Shown here piece after piece: positions 40,585 through 51,009 of a stretch of 64,000 bases of DNA. Origin of the DNA: Escherichia phage HP3. Positions within the stretch are counted from its first letter, which is position 1, and each line of letters opens with the position of its first letter. The notes below the pieces were generated by a model. That model had not been told where the DNA came from. It made no database searches and saw only the letters and a list, made by a program, of their open reading frames with translations. The stretch lies in the sequence record NC_041919.1; one strand, 5' to 3'. Both the position numbers and the translations under genes were made by a program.

Positions 40585-42357
40585 TTAATTAACTCCCGTC
40601 GCACCAAATACACCAGGAGCAGTTGTGCTTGTGACAGGTGTCATATTATGAACGACAGTATTTTTCTTAATAACATTATTAGTATTATTGATTGAAGGAG
40701 ATGCTTGTTGAACAGGAGCTTGTTGTGCTTTGTTCTTTTCAATCACCTGGACCTGTTTTGCTTCTGGTGATTTAGCAGAAGTTTCAGGTTTTGCTTCAGG
40801 TTGATTTTTCTTGAGCTCTTGATAAGTGGCATCAATTTTAGCAAATCTAGAAGCAAGTTCTTTTTTAACTGCTGGTGAATTATTTAAATCCGGATCATTC
40901 ATTCGTTTTTTAAGGTCTTCATGAGCAGCTTCAATTGATTTAACTGTCGAGTCTTTGCTCATATCAGCTGAATCAGCATATTTTTCAAAACGAATCATCG
41001 CAGCACGAGCTTCATTAGCTTTCATTAAAGCATTTTTTCTTTCTTCCGGTGAAAGTTGTTTTAATTTTTCTTCTTCTGCTGCACGTTCTTCGTCAGTAGT
41101 CAATGCTTCTTTATTATCTACACCACGAATCCAGTTAGATGCACGAGTTTTCCAGTTCGCAATTTTGTCTAATCCTTCTGCTATTGGGCCAAGATCATCA
41201 TTCATTCGTTTATCTTGATAATTTGCTACTTTTTCTTGGTCTTCTTTATTAAGAGATGCTCCAGTAGAATTTTGGAAATTTTCTAATGCTCTTCCTTCTA
41301 CTTCATCAGCAGTATCCTTCATGCCAGGAATGACTCGAAGAATTGCTGCAGATAATTTAGCCATACCTAATTGAATAAGCTCTCCTAAATTATAAAGAAC
41401 ACTTCCAAGCCCTTCAACAATAGCTACTGTTAATCCGCCCCAATCTCCAGCTTCCCAGAACTTTTTAATTTCATCAATAGATTCAAAGATGCTTTGTAAT
41501 AAAGGGCCCCAAGTTCCTGTTTCGCTTGAGAAAGTTTTAAAATCAGTGCTAAATAAATCCCAGGCTTTTGAAAATTTATCTGACCAGTATTTAAAATGAA
41601 CCATCAGCAGGTCTATTCCAATAACAACAGCCATTATCAATGCAACCATTTTAGCAGCTTCAATAGCAGCACTGACGGTATACTTAAATAGCATGCTAGA
41701 TATTTTATCAGTAATTGAAATAGATTTCTTAAATCCGAAATCAACTGTCTTTGTTAATTTATCTAAAGCTTGAGATAATTTTAAGTTAAATGCGTCTCTT
41801 TTTTGCTTCTCTTCTGGAGACTCTTGTTTTGGTTCAATTGGCTGAGGAGTAGGGAAAAAATCAGCATCAGGATCATTATTAACTGCTTCAGGAGCCGGTA
41901 ATAAAGGACCCACAGATTCAGCTGTATCATCCTCGACGACTTTAACAGGAATAGCATTTTCTACTACTGCTAAACTCGTTCCAGTCTGTTGAATTCCAGC
42001 TGTTTGAATTTTTTGTTCTAATAAACTCGTTAATTTATCTAATTTGCTTCCGAGTGATTCGCCTATTTCTTTATTGATATTATTGCCAATTTCAACAGTC
42101 TCGGCAATTAACTCAGAACCAGCAGTAGTATCACTCACTGCGCTTTCTACATTGTCAATTGCTCCAATTATTTCATTCGATTTTTCTTCGACAGTTTGAG
42201 CAATTAATTCAGAAGCAGCTTGAGCATCATCCAATTTCGTAGATATATCGTTAAGCCCAGATAAAGTGTTGGAAGCGGATTTAGCCGCTTCCTGTGTTGG
42301 TTTATTATCTGAAATAACTTTTCTACGCATCGTTTGCATTTCTTGTGGCTTTTTCAT
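40585..42357 (-). CDS. 29: gp29 tail length tape-measure / baseplate hub protein
   Basis: 590 aa, same length as T4 gp29; internal hydrophobic segment and Ala/Glu-rich coiled regions. Confidence 0.9.
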   Translation of the reverse strand: MKKPQEMQTMRRKVISDNKPTQEAAKSASNTLSGLNDISTKLDDAQAASELIAQTVEEKSNEIIGAIDNVESAVSDTTAGSELIAETVEIGNNINKEIGESLGSKLDKLTSLLEQKIQTAGIQQTGTSLAVVENAIPVKVVEDDTAESVGPLLPAPEAVNNDPDADFFPTPQPIEPKQESPEEKQKRDAFNLKLSQALDKLTKTVDFGFKKSISITDKISSMLFKYTVSAAIEAAKMVALIMAVVIGIDLLMVHFKYWSDKFSKAWDLFSTDFKTFSSETGTWGPLLQSIFESIDEIKKFWEAGDWGGLTVAIVEGLGSVLYNLGELIQLGMAKLSAAILRVIPGMKDTADEVEGRALENFQNSTGASLNKEDQEKVANYQDKRMNDDLGPIAEGLDKIANWKTRASNWIRGVDNKEALTTDEERAAEEEKLKQLSPEERKNALMKANEARAAMIRFEKYADSADMSKDSTVKSIEAAHEDLKKRMNDPDLNNSPAVKKELASRFAKIDATYQELKKNQPEAKPETSAKSPEAKQVQVIEKNKAQQAPVQQASPSINNTNNVIKKNTVVHNMTPVTSTTAPGVFGATGVN

Positions 42358-42887
42358 TCAAATAATCCAATAATATTACCAATTCCAGTTATTGGACCAT
42401 TAGGGCCAGGAATTGCTAAAGTTGTAAAAATATCATTTGCCCATTTTAAAACGAATGCTGGCATCTCAAGAAAATTAATTTCTTTAACTTCATCATTGAC
42501 CTTAAGCAAGCATTTGGATAACATATCGCTCACAGTTAAAAATTGTTCAAATTTTCCAGGCGGTCTAAAATAAAATGTATTTCCTTGGTATTGAAATTCT
42601 AATCTTTGGCATACATAAACATCATTAATGTCATAAGTATAGCCATCTATTTCTTTACGAGATTTAATCTTTCCATTAAATTCCAATAAATGAATAGAAA
42701 CGAAATCAACTTCTGCCGGTGACAAATTCGGACAAATAGAATCAATAAGAAGTTTTAAATTTTCATCAGGGCCTTTAACATCTTTTAAAATGTTATAATG
42801 TTTAAGACCCATTTTAGGAATAGAAACTTCTTTATTGCTTATTGGAAGAACTACTTTCTTCAGTGGTAGTATCAGATTTAAATTCAT
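42354..42887 (-). CDS. 28: gp28 baseplate hub distal subunit
   Basis: 177 aa, same length as T4 gp28; overlaps 3' end of gene 27 by 56 nt if the first ATG is used. Confidence 0.8.
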   Translation of the reverse strand: MNLNLILPLKKVVLPISNKEVSIPKMGLKHYNILKDVKGPDENLKLLIDSICPNLSPAEVDFVSIHLLEFNGKIKSRKEIDGYTYDINDVYVCQRLEFQYQGNTFYFRPPGKFEQFLTVSDMLSKCLLKVNDEVKEINFLEMPAFVLKWANDIFTTLAIPGPNGPITGIGNIIGLFE

Positions 42888-44007
42888 TTTTAACCTTAAC
42901 TGGGTCTATTGTTTCCAGTTTCGTTGCATTAGTGAACATATATAGATGAGTTACTGAATTATTATTTGATAATTCATGGATAACTTCATCAACGTAAAAT
43001 TCTGTTTTAAATTGGTTTTTACTATCATTAAAAATAATTTTAACACCAGGAGTCAAGTTAAAATTACCGACAGTAGAACATTTAGCATAGCCATCATATT
43101 GCGCCATAGTTTGAAGACGAATAGCTTCTTCATAGCCATTCCTATAAGTCATTTCAGAATAAGCACCTGACCTTGACACTACAATAGAGTTTTCACCCTT
43201 TCCTGTAGTAATCATTGGTAGTGAAGAATCTAAAAACGAATGAGCATAGATAGTAGCATTTTTCATTGGATCACGTTTATGCGGGTTTGATTTAGTCAAC
43301 CAAACAAAATCATATGCCAATGGATATTTTAATTCTTGGATGAATTGACCTATTAAAGATGGCTCACCTACAATCATTGGATATGGTTCTTGATTTATCA
43401 TCATATCATAGTCCATCATGTTAACTCCCATGATGTCTTGCCACACAAATACAAATTTGTCACTTCCTACAGCTAGAGCAACTTCTCTTACATAGGACAA
43501 ATAATTTTCAAATGTACTAGTCCATGGAATATCAGGAACATAAGCATTTATAGCATTTATTGCTGGAGTTAATAATGTGCGGTCTTGATAAATGACACCA
43601 AGCATTTCTTTTATAGATTCACCTGCATCAGGGAAAAATGGTCTACCAAATTTAAGATTTTCTATAGAATGAATAGTTCCCAATTCAATAGCAATGATGT
43701 TATCGCCTTTTGAATCTACTGACACGGAAAAATGCTTGCATCCATAAATTCGTGTTTTAACATTATTAATATCGTTTGCATTAGCTACAGAAATTTGAAT
43801 TATTTCATTTCCATCCATTTTTGTGTGGATATTTTTAGAATCATAAAACTGCAGCATTCCTTCATTTCGACCATAAAGAGAGTCACGCATAGTTAATGTG
43901 GTAATAGTAGCAGCTAATTCAACAAATCTATTATTACTCCAAGCGTCATAACTCTCAAATAATTTAACGCTGAGATTTGGATATCCAGGACGTTGTAACA
44001 TACTCAT
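42832..44007 (-). CDS. 27: gp27 baseplate hub subunit
   Basis: 391 aa, same length as T4 gp27; [35 protein letters not shown]... Confidence 0.9.
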   Translation of the reverse strand: MSMLQRPGYPNLSVKLFESYDAWSNNRFVELAATITTLTMRDSLYGRNEGMLQFYDSKNIHTKMDGNEIIQISVANANDINNVKTRIYGCKHFSVSVDSKGDNIIAIELGTIHSIENLKFGRPFFPDAGESIKEMLGVIYQDRTLLTPAINAINAYVPDIPWTSTFENYLSYVREVALAVGSDKFVFVWQDIMGVNMMDYDMMINQEPYPMIVGEPSLIGQFIQELKYPLAYDFVWLTKSNPHKRDPMKNATIYAHSFLDSSLPMITTGKGENSIVVSRSGAYSEMTYRNGYEEAIRLQTMAQYDGYAKCSTVGNFNLTPGVKIIFNDSKNQFKTEFYVDEVIHELSNNNSVTHLYMFTNATKLETIDPVKVKNEFKSDTTTEESSSSNKQ

Positions 44008-44756
44008 TGATGTTTATCCTTCTCAATCAGTTTTAATACGAATCCGCGCTCGGCAGGAATCATTTTCATTATTGAATTTAAGCTATAATTACTTTTTACA
44101 AGCGTGTGATTAATTTGATAAAAAGTAAATATCTCATCTGGATTAACTAATAGCTTAAACACATCTACTATATCAGTGTATTTTTTAATGTACTTATCAC
44201 AACACGACATGTGCAATGTTAAATTAATAGGATTCATTGCATCGAGAATTTTTTCTAATGTTTCTATCTCGATGGCGTCAACAAGTTCTATTTGACTCGA
44301 TTCACTAATTTCCTTCCAATCATACCACATTTCATCTACTTGAACAGAATGAATATTTTCAGTAATCATCTTTGCTTTATTTTCATAAAACTCAGAAGGA
44401 AAATTTAATTTAATTTTAACATTAGCTACATCAAAAATAGGTTCCTTTAATTCTTTTTGATATATTTCAAATGGAACTGTCTTTTCTTTTTTACATTTTG
44501 GACATACAAATGTGACTGGTACTTTAGTTTTACCTATTGAACCTACAAATACCTGCAAAAATATAAATGGTTGCCAAGTCTTCGGATAGTCTCCAAAATA
44601 ATCATCAATTAAATCAGTAATTATTTCTTTTTGTTCTTGTGGTGACCGATGTTCTATATCGTTTCGAACTAACAAAAAATCTCGATAATCTTCTACCGTA
44701 AATGGTTTAAAACGATGAACACCATCTGGTAATTTACAACGAATAATGTTTGCCAT
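44004..44756 (-). CDS. 51: gp51 baseplate hub assembly catalyst
   Basis: 250 aa; [35 protein letters not shown]...; CPKC Cys pair; synteny 51-27. Confidence 0.85.
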   Translation of the reverse strand: MANIIRCKLPDGVHRFKPFTVEDYRDFLLVRNDIEHRSPQEQKEIITDLIDDYFGDYPKTWQPFIFLQVFVGSIGKTKVPVTFVCPKCKKEKTVPFEIYQKELKEPIFDVANVKIKLNFPSEFYENKAKMITENIHSVQVDEMWYDWKEISESSQIELVDAIEIETLEKILDAMNPINLTLHMSCCDKYIKKYTDIVDVFKLLVNPDEIFTFYQINHTLVKSNYSLNSIMKMIPAERGFVLKLIEKDKHQ

Positions 44757-44773
44757 AGATGCTCCTTTTATTC

Positions 44774-44781
44774 TATTTATA
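44774..44781 (-). promoter_or_regulatory. late promoter for gene 51
   Basis: TATAAATA on the minus strand just upstream of the gene 51 start; overlaps the plus-strand motif for gene 26. Confidence 0.5.
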
Positions 44782-44785
44782 AATA
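44778..44785 (+). promoter_or_regulatory. late promoter for gene 26
   Basis: TATAAATA 22 nt upstream of the gene 26 ATG with AAGGAG between. Confidence 0.55.
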
Positions 44786-44806
44786 TGATAAATAAAGGAG
44801 CTAAAT

Positions 44807-45433
44807 ATGTATGAATACAAATTTGATGTGAGAGTTGGTTCTAAAATAATCAACTGTCGCGCATTTACTCTTAAAGAATATCTAGAACTTATTACTGCCA
44901 AAAATAATGGTTCTGTAGAAGTAATTGTTAAAAAGCTAATCAAAGACTGCACAAATGCAAAAGATTTAAATCGCCAAGAATCAGAACTATTGTTGATTCA
45001 TTTATGGGCGCATTCTCTTGGAGAAGTTAATCACGAAAACTCCTGGAAGTGCACCTGCGGAACTGAAATACCAACCCATATAAATCTATTACATACACAA
45101 ATAGATGCACCAGAAGACCTTTGGTATACACTTGGTGACATTAAAATTAAATTCCATTACCCTAAAATTTTTGATGATAAAAATATAGCCCACATGATAG
45201 TATCATGTATAGAAACGATTCATGCTAACGGTGAAAGCATTCCAGTTGAAGACTTAAATGAAAAAGAACTGGAAGATTTATATTCTATCATCACAGAGTC
45301 AGATATTGTAGCTATAAAAGATATGCTTTTAAAGCCTACTGTTTATTTGGCTGTTCCAATTAAATGTCCAGAGTGTGGAAAAACTCACGCTCATGTAATA
45401 AGAGGACTCAAAGAGTTCTTTGAGTTACTATAA
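44807..45433 (+). CDS. 26: gp26 baseplate hub subunit
   Basis: 208 aa, same length as T4 gp26; synteny 26-25. Confidence 0.85.
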   Translation: MYEYKFDVRVGSKIINCRAFTLKEYLELITAKNNGSVEVIVKKLIKDCTNAKDLNRQESELLLIHLWAHSLGEVNHENSWKCTCGTEIPTHINLLHTQIDAPEDLWYTLGDIKIKFHYPKIFDDKNIAHMIVSCIETIHANGESIPVEDLNEKELEDLYSIITESDIVAIKDMLLKPTVYLAVPIKCPECGKTHAHVIRGLKEFFELL

Positions 45434-45831
45434 TGGCAAATATTAATAAGCTTTATTCTGACATTGACCCAGAAATGAAAATGGATTGGAACAAAGATGT
45501 TTCCAGATCGCTTGGATTAAGGTCAATTAAAAACAGTCTTTTGGGAATTATTACAACAAGAAAAGGTTCAAGACCGTTTGACCCTGAATTTGGATGTGAT
45601 TTATCAGACCAGCTTTTTGAAAATATGACTCCTCTTACTGCTGACACAGTTGAGCGCAATATCGAAAGCGCAGTAAGAAACTATGAGCCACGTATTGATA
45701 AATTAGCAGTTAATGTAATACCGGTTTATGATGATTATACTTTGATAGTAGAAATACGCTTTTCAGTCATCGATAACCCTGATGATATTGAGCAGATAAA
45801 ACTACAACTGGCTTCCAGTAATAGAGTATAA
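45433..45831 (+). CDS. 25: gp25 baseplate wedge subunit (sheath initiator)
   Basis: 132 aa; [54 protein letters not shown]... matches T4 gp25. Confidence 0.9.
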   Translation: MANINKLYSDIDPEMKMDWNKDVSRSLGLRSIKNSLLGIITTRKGSRPFDPEFGCDLSDQLFENMTPLTADTVERNIESAVRNYEPRIDKLAVNVIPVYDDYTLIVEIRFSVIDNPDDIEQIKLQLASSNRV

Positions 45832-45857
45832 TGCTTCACGTATAAACGTGGTATAAT
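45832..45857 (+). promoter_or_regulatory. MotA-dependent middle promoter for uvsY
   Basis: ATAATGCTTCA MotA box (TGCTTCA 45832-45838), 13 nt spacer, TATAAT (45852-45857). Confidence 0.6.
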
Positions 45858-45897
45858 GAATCTAAGTCCATCCAATAACAATTGAATAGAGAACAAT

Positions 45898-46311
45898 ATG
45901 AGATTAGAAGATCTTCAAGAAGAATTGAAGAAAGATGTATTTATAGATTCGACTAAATTACAGTATGAAGCAGCTAATAATGTGATGTTATATAGTAAAT
46001 GGCTTAATAAGCATTCAAGTATTAAAAAGGAAATGCTTAGAATTGATGCACAGAAAAAAGTTGCTCTTAAAGCTAAATTAGACTACTACTCGGGACGAGG
46101 AGATGGTGATGAATTTAGTATGGATCGTTACGAGAAATCAGAAATGAAGACAGTTCTATCAGCTGATAAGGATGTTTTAAAGGTTGATACCTCGTTACAG
46201 TATTGGGGGATTTTATTAGATTTCTGTAGCGGAGCTCTTGATGCTATTAAATCACGTGGATTTGCTATTAAGCATATTCAAGACATGCGAGCATTTGAGG
46301 CTGGAAAATAA
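45898..46311 (+). CDS. uvsY: UvsY recombination mediator
   Basis: 137 aa; MRLEDLQEELKKDVFIDSTKLQYEAANNVMLYSKWLNKHSSIKKEMLR... matches T4 UvsY. Confidence 0.9.
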   Translation: MRLEDLQEELKKDVFIDSTKLQYEAANNVMLYSKWLNKHSSIKKEMLRIDAQKKVALKAKLDYYSGRGDGDEFSMDRYEKSEMKTVLSADKDVLKVDTSLQYWGILLDFCSGALDAIKSRGFAIKHIQDMRAFEAGK

Positions 46312-46535
46312 TGAGATATAGCATTGATGATGCTTTTAATTATGAAGAAGAATTTGAAACGGAAATTCAATTCTTAATGAAAAAGCATAATCTTAAGCGT
46401 CAGGATATTCGTATCTTGGCCGACCACCCGTGCGGTGAAGATGTTCTTTATATTAAAGGAAAATTTGCCGGATATCTTGATGAATATTTTTATTCTAAAG
46501 ATATGGGCATTGATATGCATATGAGAGTTGTATAA
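46311..46535 (+). CDS. hypothetical protein (uvsY.-1 position)
   Basis: 74 aa, coupled to uvsY stop. Confidence 0.6.
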   Translation: MRYSIDDAFNYEEEFETEIQFLMKKHNLKRQDIRILADHPCGEDVLYIKGKFAGYLDEYFYSKDMGIDMHMRVV

Positions 46536-46563
46536 ATAGATATATAATTCAGAGGAGACAATC

Positions 46564-46731
46564 ATGTCAGATAAGATTTGTGTTGTCTGTAAAACTCCAA
46601 TCGATTCTGCATTGGTTGTTGAAACAGACAAAGGTCCTGTACATCCTGGGCCTTGCTATAATTACATTAAAGAACTACCAGTTTCAGAAAGTTCGGAAGA
46701 ACAATTAAATGAAACGCAACTTTTGCTATAG
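46564..46731 (+). CDS. hypothetical small Cys-containing protein (uvsY.-2 position)
   Basis: 55 aa from ATG 46564 with GGAGA upstream; MSDKICVVCKTPIDS...HPGPCYNY; below ORF-track cut-off. Confidence 0.45.
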   Translation: MSDKICVVCKTPIDSALVVETDKGPVHPGPCYNYIKELPVSESSEEQLNETQLLL

Positions 46732-46754
46732 TGTGACCTTTAGTCTATAGTTTT

Positions 46755-46783
46755 GGCCCTTCCTTTTTGGTTGGGCCTTTTTT
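46755..46783 (+). terminator. rho-independent terminator of the uvsY operon
   Basis: GGCCC-13 nt loop-GGGCC followed by TTTTTTAATTT. Confidence 0.6.
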
Positions 46784-46786
46784 AAT

Positions 46787-47017
46787 TTAAAAGCTTTCTT
46801 CTACTTCATCGTCTGAATCTTCTAATTCAGCTCTTTTTCCTGCCAAAGCATCTCTGACTGAGATGTCATCAGTATCTTTTAATTCAGTTTCTTTAACTCT
46901 TTTCTTATAATAAGCTTCAAGTTCTTCTAAACCTTCTAATGTTTGACAAGAGGCAATTTTACCCATAAATTCATCAATAGAAGCTTCATAAAGAAATTGT
47001 TTAAATTCTAGTAACAT
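46787..47017 (-). CDS. UvsW.1-like small acidic protein
   Basis: 76 aa from ATG 47017 with GGAG upstream (ORF track starts at TTG 47029); directly downstream of uvsW. Confidence 0.6.
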   Translation of the reverse strand: MLLEFKQFLYEASIDEFMGKIASCQTLEGLEELEAYYKKRVKETELKDTDDISVRDALAGKRAELEDSDDEVEESF

Positions 47018-47042
47018 CTTTTTCTCCAAAGGGCCGAAGCCC

Positions 47043-48554
47043 TTATAAATTAACTGTTTTCATTACGTAATTAAATTTTTCATCTGCGTAGCGCTGAATA
47101 CGATCAATGCCGTGTTTTAAAAGATAGTTCAAGTGAACATATTTCTTTTTAGTATTAGCAGATTTTGGCTTGACACCACAGTCATCTATGAGGTCCCAGA
47201 CTGTTGCGATTGTTTTAGAACCATGTTTACGTAATACGCGACCTATTGTTTGCAATACAATAATTTTAGATTTAACACCGTGTGCTAAAACAACGTGATG
47301 CAGATTTTTAACTGAAATACCAGTAGAAAATACACCATAACTAGCTACTATAATTATTCCTTTACCGTTTTCAGCTAAGGTTTTCATTATATTGCGGGTT
47401 TCGGTATCAACTTCCCCTGATACGTAATAAACTTTATCGTATTCATTTTTAATTAAATCGAAAATAGCTTTACCGTGCGATACGTGTTTAAACATGACAA
47501 AAGCGTTTTCATCTTTTTGTGCAAGCTTAATAGCTAATTTAGCGATCCATTTATTTCTTTTACTAAGCCCAGTAATAATTTTTATTTCTTCTTGGTAAGT
47601 TTTTCCCTTTAATTTAGTAGTGAACTCATCGGGATAGCGAAGAAAAATACTATTAATTTTTAACTCAGTTACTTGTCCATCTTCCATTAATTTAGAGGTC
47701 GTTACTGGCTTAAATATTTCACCGAACATTCCAACATACTGCATGATATTGGCTTTGCCATCACGTAATGAACCAGACAAACCGAATTTGAACATGCAGT
47801 TATTTAAACCTGATATGATAGATGAAATACTTTTTCCTGTAGCAAGATGACATTCATCATTCATCATCATTCCAAACTGTGAGAACCATTCTTTCGGTTG
47901 TTTTACTACAGTTTGCCATGTACCAACAACGACCGGTGCATCATTTTTATATTTATCATCTTTTGATGCTCCACCACCGATTTTCTTTATCATTGCATGA
48001 CTGAATAAACGATAGTCAACAAAGTCATCAGCCATCTGAGTTGTCAGAGCAGTTGTTGGAACAATAATAAGAATTTTGCCTTCATAATTTTCCAAATAAT
48101 ACCGAGCAAGCAAAGCTTGAATTAAAGATTTACCTGCGGATGTTGGAAGATTAAGAATTCTACGACGATTAACTAATCCTTCGAACACTGCATCTTTTTG
48201 ATACCAATGCGGTTCAATTCTTTTATTTCCTGAATAGATTTCTAATTTAGAAAGCCATTCATCAAAATCTTTTCTTGATAATTCTTCTTTTTCGTTAATC
48301 TGTGGGTCAATCCAGGCTTTATAGCCAAAGTTATCGCAGAACTTTTTAATTTGCCCGACTAAACCGAATGGAAGAAGGCGATTATAATCTAAAAGACGAA
48401 TTCGTCCATCCCAGTGGCCATATTTGTACTTCGGATTAAAACGATACCCATCAGCTTCAAAGCTAAAGAAATCACGGAGTTCATGAAATGTACTTTCTTC
48501 GCAATCAATTCTCACGTGACTAAAATCATAAAAATGTACTTTAATGTCAGTCAT
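47043..48554 (-). CDS. uvsW: UvsW DNA/RNA helicase
   Basis: 503 aa; Walker A PTSAGKS, DEAH-like NDECH; MTDIKVHFYDFSHVRIDCEESTFHELRDFF... matches T4 UvsW. Confidence 0.9.
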   Translation of the reverse strand: MTDIKVHFYDFSHVRIDCEESTFHELRDFFSFEADGYRFNPKYKYGHWDGRIRLLDYNRLLPFGLVGQIKKFCDNFGYKAWIDPQINEKEELSRKDFDEWLSKLEIYSGNKRIEPHWYQKDAVFEGLVNRRRILNLPTSAGKSLIQALLARYYLENYEGKILIIVPTTALTTQMADDFVDYRLFSHAMIKKIGGGASKDDKYKNDAPVVVGTWQTVVKQPKEWFSQFGMMMNDECHLATGKSISSIISGLNNCMFKFGLSGSLRDGKANIMQYVGMFGEIFKPVTTSKLMEDGQVTELKINSIFLRYPDEFTTKLKGKTYQEEIKIITGLSKRNKWIAKLAIKLAQKDENAFVMFKHVSHGKAIFDLIKNEYDKVYYVSGEVDTETRNIMKTLAENGKGIIIVASYGVFSTGISVKNLHHVVLAHGVKSKIIVLQTIGRVLRKHGSKTIATVWDLIDDCGVKPKSANTKKKYVHLNYLLKHGIDRIQRYADEKFNYVMKTVNL

Positions 48555-48583
48555 GTCTAAATACCATGTAATAAATATATCTA

Positions 48584-48591
48584 TATTTATA
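48584..48591 (-). promoter_or_regulatory. late promoter for uvsW
   Basis: TATAAATA on the minus strand 30 nt upstream of the uvsW ATG. Confidence 0.5.
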
Positions 48592-48604
48592 CTGAGGAAA
48601 TATT

Positions 48605-49285
48605 ATGATAGATAAAGATTATATTGCAGAGCTGAAGGCTCTTGATGATAATAAAGAAGCTAAAGCTAAATTAGCTGAATATGCTGAACAGTTTGGTATA
48701 AAGGTCAAAAAGAATAAATCTTTTGATAATATCGTTAATGATATTGAAGAAGCTCTCCAGAAGCTCGCTAGTGAACCTATGCCAGAGACTGATGGGTTAT
48801 CTATTAAAGACTTAATTGATGCTGCTGATGCCGCAGACGGATTAAAATATGACGATGAAGAAGTCAATCCAGAGGCAGCACTTCTGATTGATTCTCCGGT
48901 TAAATCTGACATTAAAATTGAAGTAGTAGAAACGGATAAAATTCCTGAAAATACCACTGTTTTAATTGAAGATAATCCTTTTGTTGAAGAAAAATTCGAA
49001 CAGGCTGTAGCTGAGATTATTGAATCTGAAAAGCCGTCTGTATTTACTCTTCCGGAAAACTTTAGTCCGAATCTTCAGCTGATTGGAAAAAATCCAGGAT
49101 TCTGCACTGTTCCTTGGTGGATTTATCAATGGATTGCTGAAACCCCAGATTGGAAATCTCACCCAACTAGTTTTGAACATGCGTCGGCACACCAAACTTT
49201 ATTTAGCTTAATTTACTACATTAATCGTGACGGATCAGTTCTAATTCGTGAAACACGTAATTCTTCTTTCGTAACATTAAAATAA
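48605..49285 (+). CDS. inh: Inh, inhibitor of prohead protease gp21
   Basis: 226 aa, length and position (upstream of hoc) as T4 inh. Confidence 0.7.
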   Translation: MIDKDYIAELKALDDNKEAKAKLAEYAEQFGIKVKKNKSFDNIVNDIEEALQKLASEPMPETDGLSIKDLIDAADAADGLKYDDEEVNPEAALLIDSPVKSDIKIEVVETDKIPENTTVLIEDNPFVEEKFEQAVAEIIESEKPSVFTLPENFSPNLQLIGKNPGFCTVPWWIYQWIAETPDWKSHPTSFEHASAHQTLFSLIYYINRDGSVLIRETRNSSFVTLK

Positions 49286-49294
49286 GGATAACTT

Positions 49295-50713
49295 ATGGCT
49301 TTTACAGTTGATATAACTCCTAAAACACCTACTGGAGTTATAGATCAGACTCAGCAGTTTACTGCTACACCCAGTGGTCAAACTGGAGATGGACCTATTA
49401 CATATGCTTGGACTGTAGACGACGCTCCACAGGAAGAAACGTCAGCAACTTTTAGTTATGTACTAAAAGGACCTGCCGGTCAAAAGACTATTAAAGTAGT
49501 TGCAACCAATCAAGTTGCAGAATCTGAACCTGAAACAGCAGAAATTAGTACAACTATCACAGTTCAAAATAAGACACAAACAACTACTTTAGCTGTAACT
49601 CCTGGTAGCCCTGATGCTGGAGTGATTGGAACTCCAATTGAATTTACCGCTGCCTTAGCTTCACAGCCATCAGGTGCAAACGCTACGTATCAATGGCACG
49701 TTGACGGTTCTCCTGTAGACGAAGCAACTGACGCTACATTCAATTACACTCCTGACACAAGCGGAGTTAAAAAAATCAAGTGTGTAGCTCAAGTAACTGC
49801 GGCAGATTATGACGCAAAAACAGTTACTTCTAATGAAGTATCATTGACTGTTAATAAGAAGACACAGACAACTACGTTAGCCGTAACTCCTGCTAATCCT
49901 GCTGCCGGAGTAATTGGAACAGCCGTTGAATTTACTGCTGCCTTAGCTTCTCAACCTGATGGGGCATCTGCTACGTATCAGTGGTATGTTGACGGTTCTC
50001 TGGTCGATGGAGAAACTACTACTACATTTAACTATACTCCTACCACAGTTGGAGCTAAAACAGTTAAGTGTGTAGCGCAAGTAACTGCAGAAAATTACAA
50101 TGAAAAGGAAGTTACTTCTAATGAAGTATCATTAACAGTTAATAAGAAAACAATGAATCCACAGGTTACATTGACTCCTCCTTCTATTAACGTTCAGCAA
50201 GATGCTTCGGCTACATTTACGGCTAATGTTACGGGTGCTCCAGAAGAAGCACAAATTACTTACTCATGGAAGAAAGATTCTTCTCCTGTAGAAGGGTCAA
50301 CTAACGTATATACTGTCGATACCTCATCTGTTGGAAGTCAAACTATTGAAGTTACTGCTGTCGTTACTGCAACTGATTACGATAGCAAAACTATTACAGC
50401 AGAAGGTCAAGTTCAGGTAACTGATAAAGTTGCTCCAGAACCAGAAGGTGAATTGCCTTATGTTCATCCTCTTCCACATCGTACTTCAGCTTATATCTGG
50501 TGCGGTTGGTGGGTTATGGATGAAATCCAAAAAATGACCGAAGAAGGTAAAGATTGGAAAACTGAAGATCCAGACAGTAAATACTACCTGCATCGTTACA
50601 CTCTTCAGAAGATGATGAAAGACTATCCAGAAGTTGATGTTCAAGAATCACGCAATGGATACATCATTCATAAAACTGCTTTAGAAACTGGTATCATCTA
50701 TACCTATCCATAA
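49295..50713 (+). CDS. hoc: Hoc outer capsid decoration protein with an extra Ig-like domain
   Basis: 472 aa; N-terminus MAFTVDITPKTPTGVIDQTQQFTATPSGQTG and C-terminus ...GYIIHKTALETGIIYTYP match T4 Hoc (376 aa); contains two tandem 96-aa KTQTTTLAVTP...SLTVNK units. Confidence 0.9.
   Translation: MAFTVDITPKTPTGVIDQTQQFTATPSGQTGDGPITYAWTVDDAPQEETSATFSYVLKGPAGQKTIKVVATNQVAESEPETAEISTTITVQNKTQTTTLAVTPGSPDAGVIGTPIEFTAALASQPSGANATYQWHVDGSPVDEATDATFNYTPDTSGVKKIKCVAQVTAADYDAKTVTSNEVSLTVNKKTQTTTLAVTPANPAAGVIGTAVEFTAALASQPDGASATYQWYVDGSLVDGETTTTFNYTPTTVGAKTVKCVAQVTAENYNEKEVTSNEVSLTVNKKTMNPQVTLTPPSINVQQDASATFTANVTGAPEEAQITYSWKKDSSPVEGSTNVYTVDTSSVGSQTIEVTAVVTATDYDSKTITAEGQVQVTDKVAPEPEGELPYVHPLPHRTSAYIWCGWWVMDEIQKMTEEGKDWKTEDPDSKYYLHRYTLQKMMKDYPEVDVQESRNGYIIHKTALETGIIYTYP
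49571..50146 (+). repeat. tandem in-frame duplication of a 288 bp Ig-like-domain coding unit within hoc
   Basis: Unit 1 49571-49858 and unit 2 49859-50146, both beginning AAGACACA(A/G)ACAACTAC and ending GTATCATT(G/A)AC(T/A)GTTAATAAG; about three quarters of residues identical by eye. Confidence 0.85.
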
Positions 50714-50725
50714 TCATAATCATAA

Positions 50726-50745
50726 GGGGCTTCGGCCCCTTTCTT
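50726..50745 (+). terminator. rho-independent terminator after hoc
   Basis: GGGGC-ttcg-GCCCC then TTTCTTCATTTT. Confidence 0.7.
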
Positions 50746-50808
50746 CATTTTGAAAGCACACAAAACATACTCAGAAAATGATGTATATAATGGCATCAAC
50801 TCGATAAC

Positions 50809-51006
50809 ATGAGATTGATTATGAGAACTGAGGTTGTGGTGTTTACTCTTCATGAGTCTGGAAAGTCATTCATTGAAATTGCTCGTGAATTAAACTTACA
50901 GGCGAAAGAAGTGGCTGTATTATGGGCTCGAGCTATGACTGCTAAGAATAAATTTGAAACTCGAGAAAAAGTTGTCTATAGAAAAAGACATATTAATAAA
51001 AGGTGA
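50809..51006 (+). CDS. hypothetical protein
   Basis: 65 aa; start could also be ATG 50821. Confidence 0.45.
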   Translation: MRLIMRTEVVVFTLHESGKSFIEIARELNLQAKEVAVLWARAMTAKNKFETREKVVYRKRHINKR

Positions 51007-51009
51007 AAA

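Noticed and set aside
42812-42887. 56 nt overlap between gene 27 end and gene 28 start
   Set aside because: Could indicate gp28 starts at an internal Met (codon 26); kept the longer ORF because it matches the 177-aa length of T4 gp28, but the start is uncertain.
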